This document shows, piece by piece, positions 58,797 through 64,000 of a DNA stretch of 64,000 nucleotides. Each line of letters opens with the position of its first letter. Position 1 is the stretch's first letter. This DNA is from Promethearchaeati archaeon SRVP18_Atabeyarchaeia-1 (GTDB lineage Archaea; Asgardarchaeota; Atabeyarchaeia; Atabeyarchaeales; Atabeyarchaeaceae), in contig CP147779.1 of the NCBI GenBank assembly GCA_037308085.1, forward strand, positions 832,001 through 896,000, written 5' to 3'. The notes under the pieces were generated by a model. It was not told the origin of the DNA. It was given only the letters and a program-made list of their open reading frames with translations, and did no database searches. A program made the position numbers and the translations under genes.

Positions 58797-58889
58797 AGGG
58801 TGAAGCCCTGCCTTTGACTCGCAGAGCAAGGAATGTGAAGCAATGGTGGATCTGCTCATAGTGGAATCGTGAAGACAAGCCCACGAACC
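58797..58889 (+). ncRNA. Degenerate relative of the omegaRNA-like scaffold at 36840-37096
   Basis: Same order of motifs: GC hairpin, GTGAAGCAATGGTG, AATCGTGAAGAC and terminal GAACC. Confidence 0.35.
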
Positions 58890-59493
58890 CGATAAGATAA
58901 CAATACTGGCGCTAAAGATCCTTGGAGGTCACCGACGAGTTCAGTGACAGAGCGAATCCTCTAGCAAGCTTGGAGCTCATCGGCACTATTGAAATAGAAT
59001 TAGCGAAAAGAGCATCCGCTAACCGCGTCGCACTAGGTCACTCTGTGAAATGAGTGGTACTGACACTGGGGATGAGGTGGGCGAGGTAGAGAGAATGTGC
59101 TCCGGAAGTGGAGAGAGATTGCGCGAGAACACTAAGAACTCAGGGAAGTAGAATAAAGGAGGCAACCACCTGGAATAGCGTTTGAAGGAACACGAAGCGG
59201 CGCTGAGCAAACCAGAAGAGGCCTCTTCGACAAAATCAAGTGAGGAACCCGTAGCTTTCATTGATGGAATCGAATAGCGAAAGCTGACATGGAAAAGGGA
59301 AAGAAGCTGGACGATGAAAAACCTCAACATCTCACGATGGGTGCAGAGCACACAACAGCCTAGGAGGGTCGGAGAGCAACAGACGATCCAACAACATCAA
59401 ACGAATCGGAGACTGAAGTAAAGATGGAAGAGCATAACACGAATACGAGGACCCAGTAAACCAGCCAGGGAATCCAGATTTCTCAATAAGGAG

Positions 59494-61098
59494 ATGAGAG
59501 TTCTGACCGAGAGAAAGGATCATAGGTACGGAAAGCGGAGAGACAGGAAAACTGTGGAGGAACCGCAACAGAGAGCAGAGCAACAGCAAGGCAATTCGAA
59601 TGATAGCAAACGCCCAGAGATTCCAACAACTGAACCGCGGTGCACTAATCAAGACAAAGAAAGCGAGCCAACGACCGAGCATCAAGATGATGAACACAAT
59701 TCTCTCAAATTGACTGATAACCTAAGAGTGTTCATCAAAGCCAACCGTGAGCTCCTGATGAAAGAAGGAATAACTCTTGAGAACGATGAAGCAAGACTGG
59801 ACAACAAGACACTCGTGAAGCTGGGAGAGAGCGAAGGATTCACAATAATCTATGAAAACCAGTACTACAAGATCACAACGGTGGAGAAGGAAAAGATAGG
59901 AAACCTGGAACTTCATAAATACAGAACAAAGCAAGGAGAAGAATTCCTACACGTACCAAAAGAAAACATGATAATTCCGCCCTATGAGACAGAGTGGTAC
60001 GCGTTGCCACGAGCCGCCGACATATATCTCGATAAGGAATACAAGCGTGAGTTACTCGAAGCTGCATTAGATAAAGCGGGAGGGCAAGTAGCGCTCCGAG
60101 AGGAGATGAGGAAGAAACAAACACGAATTGGCGCCAGTTTCTTAAGGGATCATCTGCACGGACGAGTGGATGGTATGACGGTTGAGAAGTTGATGCTAAT
60201 CCTAGCATACTTAGGAAGGGGCATTAGTGAGCCGAATAGACACATCACGGCAATAGGATGCGGGAGAGCGGTTGAGAACCCAAACCTTCCTCTTAATCTA
60301 AATAATATTGATGGAGCTAGGCTCCTCGCGGCAAGATTCTCGGACGGATCACTGTACGTTTCTCAAGGCAAAGGACCGGTATTTGACTATGGCAACAACG
60401 ACGCGAACCAAAGGAAAAGGATCGCAGAATCAATAACAAACGTTTTCGGTGAAGCGAGAATACTCAATAGGGGGAAAGTTAGAGCCCTTTGCGGTAGGGT
60501 GCGCACATCAACATACGTCATTGGACGCACACTACAGAGATCAGGAGCGATTGCTGGCGAAATTGTTAGGCAGAACCCAGAGATACCTGCATTCATACTG
60601 CAAGGATCAAAGGAATTGAAACGAGAGTGGCTAAGGCAAGCCTTCGGGGATGAAGGATCAACGTGGCCTCAACGCGGTCTAGTGAAGTTGTCGAGAGCGG
60701 TGAATGCGACTCATAGACTGTCGGATCAGCAGAGAGATTTGCTAGACGCTAGTAAGGAATGGAAGAGAAAATTGTTCACGGACGCATGCAAGAAACAGAT
60801 CAAGTATTGCAGATTCAGTGACTTGCCTAGGGACATCCAGGAAACGTTGAAGCTTGAATATCCAAGACTCCTAGAGTCAGAAGCGAAAATGCTTCGCGAA
60901 GATTTCGGCATAAACAGCAATAGTTTTCCAAACGAGGTATACGAGGGAGAAGCCGGCTATAGTGTCAACTGGGTGTTGCAGACAACTTCCAGAAGAGATA
61001 GCAGAATCTTCTGCAGTGAAATAGGGTTTCCACAGAATAGGAAGCAGAAAGTACTTGAAGATGTGCTGAAAATGAAGGGGGTCGATCGTCAGCGATGA
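59494..61098 (+). CDS. Free-standing LAGLIDADG endonuclease-like protein with a low-complexity N-terminus
   Basis: LLAARFSDGSL and WLRQAFGDEGST motifs, PEIPAFI and C-terminal FCSEIGF...RK; no intein splicing motifs. Confidence 0.7.
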   Translation: MRVLTERKDHRYGKRRDRKTVEEPQQRAEQQQGNSNDSKRPEIPTTEPRCTNQDKESEPTTEHQDDEHNSLKLTDNLRVFIKANRELLMKEGITLENDEARLDNKTLVKLGESEGFTIIYENQYYKITTVEKEKIGNLELHKYRTKQGEEFLHVPKENMIIPPYETEWYALPRAADIYLDKEYKRELLEAALDKAGGQVALREEMRKKQTRIGASFLRDHLHGRVDGMTVEKLMLILAYLGRGISEPNRHITAIGCGRAVENPNLPLNLNNIDGARLLAARFSDGSLYVSQGKGPVFDYGNNDANQRKRIAESITNVFGEARILNRGKVRALCGRVRTSTYVIGRTLQRSGAIAGEIVRQNPEIPAFILQGSKELKREWLRQAFGDEGSTWPQRGLVKLSRAVNATHRLSDQQRDLLDASKEWKRKLFTDACKKQIKYCRFSDLPRDIQETLKLEYPRLLESEAKMLREDFGINSNSFPNEVYEGEAGYSVNWVLQTTSRRDSRIFCSEIGFPQNRKQKVLEDVLKMKGVDRQR

Positions 61099-61476
61099 GG
61101 GCCAACTTATCTCGAAGACAAGCTAGTATTCGTCAAGAAGGGGAGCAGGTTCTGCAAGGCAGATGAGATGGCATAGCAACCAGTTGAGAAGGATCGAGAC
61201 CAGAGGGAGCAAAACAAGCGATTTCATTCGCAAAAGTGAACATAACAATGCACTTGTCTTACCACCACACAAATGAGATATATGGACATGACCGCTATGA
61301 ACTGCTCACTGAGGAGGACAGCGAAATCGACTAAGCTCTATTAGACAAATTCCTGAATGAACAATGTCCCCAAGAACCTCGATTGGAGAATCGATCACTA
61401 CCCTCTCTAGATAAGGAGCAAGTTTGTTGAGGGCAACGAAGATCGCTGCTGGCGTCCACCTGGTACTGTCGTTCTG

Positions 61477-62160
61477 TTATTCCTGGTGCTCAGTCTGGGA
61501 GGCGCCCTTTTCCTCTAGATGTTGCAGAACTGGATCCACAATGCTCCATATCTCGTCGGCTATCTCTCCTGGAGAACGCTTGTCGTCACCGTTTATTACT
61601 CGGACATTTTGTCGTCCACTAAAATGCCCAAGAAAGATCCGTCTCACTTTCTCCAAGTAGTCTCTTCTCTCAAAATGATTTGGCTCTGAATTTCTACTGT
61701 GTACGATCCTACGTAACGCGACTTCTGGACTTATATCAAGAATAAGCGTGATATCAGCCTCAGGCGCGATATCTCTATTCACTCTCTCGACATAATCTGG
61801 GTCGAGCCCTAGCGCCCCTTGATAAGCAACATTGGAGAAATAGTACCGATCCATAACCACCACTGACTTCTTCTCCAATGCCGGTTTGATGTTGTCTCTT
61901 ACATCCTCTATCCGGTCACGGAGGAAGAAGTCTAACTCTTCCATCGGCTTTATCTTGTCCCGACCTTTCTTTGCCAAGTTTCTTATCTTCTTTCCCCACT
62001 CTCCATCCGTTGGCTCATGAAAGAAACTGCTGAGAAACCCAAGCTCATCAAGTCTGTCTCTGAGTCTTTTGGATTGAGTGGTTTTTCCTGCCCCGTCTAT
62101 CCCCTCTAGAGCAACAAGTACTCCTCTTCTCAAGAGCCTGCGCCCCGGTGCCTCTAACAA
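61477..62160 (-). CDS. tmk: Thymidylate kinase
   Basis: LEGIDGAGKTT, EPT and DRYYFSNVAYQG. Confidence 0.95.
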   Translation of the reverse strand: MLEAPGRRLLRRGVLVALEGIDGAGKTTQSKRLRDRLDELGFLSSFFHEPTDGEWGKKIRNLAKKGRDKIKPMEELDFFLRDRIEDVRDNIKPALEKKSVVVMDRYYFSNVAYQGALGLDPDYVERVNRDIAPEADITLILDISPEVALRRIVHSRNSEPNHFERRDYLEKVRRIFLGHFSGRQNVRVINGDDKRSPGEIADEIWSIVDPVLQHLEEKGASQTEHQE

Positions 62161-62315
62161 AAATAATCCCTCATCACTCTATAGCGTTTGGTATTATATA
62201 GGTGCGAAATAAAAGCTTTTGGATTTCTTTGTTGTCTAATCTTATTCCTTGTTGCCCTATTAAATCCGCACCCAATCATCTATTAGCACACCTGCCATAA
62301 TCAGCGATCTGTCAT

Positions 62316-62519
62316 TTGGGCGTTATAGTCTATTCAAGAATGAACGCTTCATCCCTGAAGAGGTTCCATAGACCCCGTCGAGCGGCTTTGATACTATACC
62401 TTCACCTTAGCAGGGTAAAGAACTGGGGATACCCGATTGTTGACACATCCGGATCCATAGACGAGACGCAGAAGAGAATAAAGGAAATCGTCACACCATT
62501 TCTTTCGAAGTCAAAGTGA
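62316..62519 (+). pseudogene. Probable C-terminal remnant of a nucleotide kinase
   Basis: IVDTSGSIDETQKRI resembles the C-terminus of NMP/dTMP kinases; no P-loop. Confidence 0.35.
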
Positions 62520-62583
62520 GAAAGCACAGTCCTCTGAGATTCCTGACAATATGGTATCGGTCCTTGGGAGAATCTCGCGGGGT

Positions 62584-62973
62584 CTAGCGTATCCTCTTCT
62601 GGGCCAATAAGAGAGAGATTTTCTGTGCCACTCCTTTCATGACGATAAATATCATTCCCAAGTTCGAGTCACTCTTGGCCATCACTGTTAGAAGTGCATC
62701 CTCTCCAGCGTGCTTAAGAATAACGTAGCCTTGATCCCCTTGTATCAGGATCTGCTGAAGTTTCCCTCTGGCGAGTTCACTTGCAGCTCTCTCACTAACC
62801 CCTAATATGGCGGCAGACATCGCTGCTATGATGGAGTCATCCACGTCCTTTGGCATTGCAGAGGCTATGGGGAGTCCCTGAACGCTAACTATGGCGCTCG
62901 CTTCGACACCAGGCGTACCATCACCGAGTGATTTCAAGACTCTTTGTATCTCATCAACTGTGTCACTTGACAA
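62584..62973 (-). CDS. Roadblock/LC7 domain protein
   Basis: GVEASAIVSVQGLPIAS...IAAMSAAIL..SERA..EL..G.LQQILIQG..G. Confidence 0.93.
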   Translation of the reverse strand: MSSDTVDEIQRVLKSLGDGTPGVEASAIVSVQGLPIASAMPKDVDDSIIAAMSAAILGVSERAASELARGKLQQILIQGDQGYVILKHAGEDALLTVMAKSDSNLGMIFIVMKGVAQKISLLLAQKRIR

Positions 62974-63280
62974 ATTCTCAACAGCCCCAGATAATGATCC
63001 TGCTCAGAATAGTGTAGATTGTGCTTGGGCAAGGGGTTTGTATGTCGCTTCCTTACTGGTTCTCCCCGTGTCCCCTTTGTCTTACGCCTCGATACTTTAC
63101 TTGAAGTTAGCCGAGAGCCTGCAACGGTAAGCTTTTTATGCCAAGAGAGTTTCAAGCTCCTTAGCATCCTAGTTAATCTCGCCTCTAATTTATAAATATA
63201 GTTGTCTCCTCAGGCTGCGTGACTAGTTCCAAGCTAATTGTAGCGATAGGCAACGATTATTGATGGAGGTTCGGTAAGAC

Positions 63281-64000
63281 TTGAGTAGCAACGACAAGAA
63301 TTCCAAGCAAGTCGCAAAAGCAAAGGCTACTAAGGAGCCTACTGATGAAAGTCAGAAAAAAGAGGAAATCCTTGGAAAATACAAAAAGGCGGCCGCGATA
63401 GCGAAAGAGGTTCGTGAAGCGGCAAAGCCTATTGTCAAAGTGGCAATCCCCCTGATCGATTTAGCAGAGAAGATTGAGACGCTGATCCTGGAGAAAGGCG
63501 GCAACTGGGCGTTTCCATGTGGTATCTCAATAAACAATCTGGCCGCGCATTACTCTCCACCGCCAGGTGACAAGAGCATGATCGGAGAGAAAGATGTTGT
63601 GAAAGTGGACTTTGGGGTACACATAGATGGCTATATTGCTGACACTGCCTTCACGGTAAGCTTTGACCCCGCCTATCAAAAACTTGTAGAAGCGGCCGAA
63701 AAGGGAGTGAAGGTGGCAATCGAGAACCTAAAAGCAGGAGTTGAAACAAGAAGAGTCGGCGCACTAGTTGAAGTCGCCATAAGGGAAATGGGATACAAGC
63801 CAGTCAAAGAACTTACTGGACATCTTCTTGAGCAGTACGAGGTTCACGGTCCAAAAATCATCCCGAGCGTCGGATCAGCTGGCAGCTCAAAACTTGAAGA
63901 AGGGGAATTCTACGCAGTCGAAACATTTGCCACAAATGGCTCGGGAAGTATTCACGAAACTCCCTACAGCTACATATACAGACTAATGCCAGTGAGAACT
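63281..64000 (+). CDS. map: Type II methionine aminopeptidase (truncated by the window end; not in the ORF track)
   Basis: AFPCGISINNLAAHYSP, KVDFGVHIDGYIADTA, LTGH and YAVETFAT. Confidence 0.95.
   Translation, partial: MSSNDKNSKQVAKAKATKEPTDESQKKEEILGKYKKAAAIAKEVREAAKPIVKVAIPLIDLAEKIETLILEKGGNWAFPCGISINNLAAHYSPPPGDKSMIGEKDVVKVDFGVHIDGYIADTAFTVSFDPAYQKLVEAAEKGVKVAIENLKAGVETRRVGALVEVAIREMGYKPVKELTGHLLEQYEVHGPKIIPSVGSAGSSKLEEGEFYAVETFATNGSGSIHETPYSYIYRLMPVRT

Noticed and set aside
59494-61098. Intein or intron-encoded endonuclease
   Set aside because: No N-terminal Cys/Ser block, no His-Asn terminus and no interrupted host gene or RNA.

Overview
Archaeal chromosomal window, most likely from an Asgard archaeon: it encodes a profilin, a Roadblock/LC7 protein, a histone and a eukaryote-like SECIS. 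The core is an H4MPT-dependent Wood-Ljungdahl region: mch, fwdCA, an FdhB-like gene, mvhD, hdrA, fwdF/G, divergent fwdGDB, mtd, ftr, an MtrH-like methyltransferase and cdhAB/cdhCDE. Around it are fermentation genes (CoA-transferase-like pair, IorAB, DUF362, Zn-ADH, LarA, an isobutyryl-CoA-mutase-type B12 mutase with MeaB) and housekeeping genes (DNA ligase, proteasome beta, PAC2, MoaA, GGGP synthase, Tmk, MetAP). Reading the raw sequence shows features the ORF track misses. (1) hdrA (27215-25251) and mvhD (25224-24787) each carry two in-frame UGA codons at conserved Cys positions (selenocysteine). I found only one eukaryote-type SECIS candidate; it overlaps the mvhD stop codon. (2) These genes sit with an FdhB-like gene inside the fwd cluster, with no hdrBC, mvhAG or fdhA in the window. 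(3) A 257-bp non-coding element with 23-bp IS6-like terminal inverted repeats and an 8-bp target-site duplication carries a TATA box and what looks like a TnpB 3' end/omegaRNA scaffold. It is inserted just upstream of the cdhA promoter. Also present: a pseudogenised tnpB element, a CdhE with a duplicated C-terminal corrinoid-binding domain, and a free-standing LAGLIDADG-like gene. No rRNA, tRNA or CRISPR array was recognised. All calls come from motif recognition by eye; no database searches were run.
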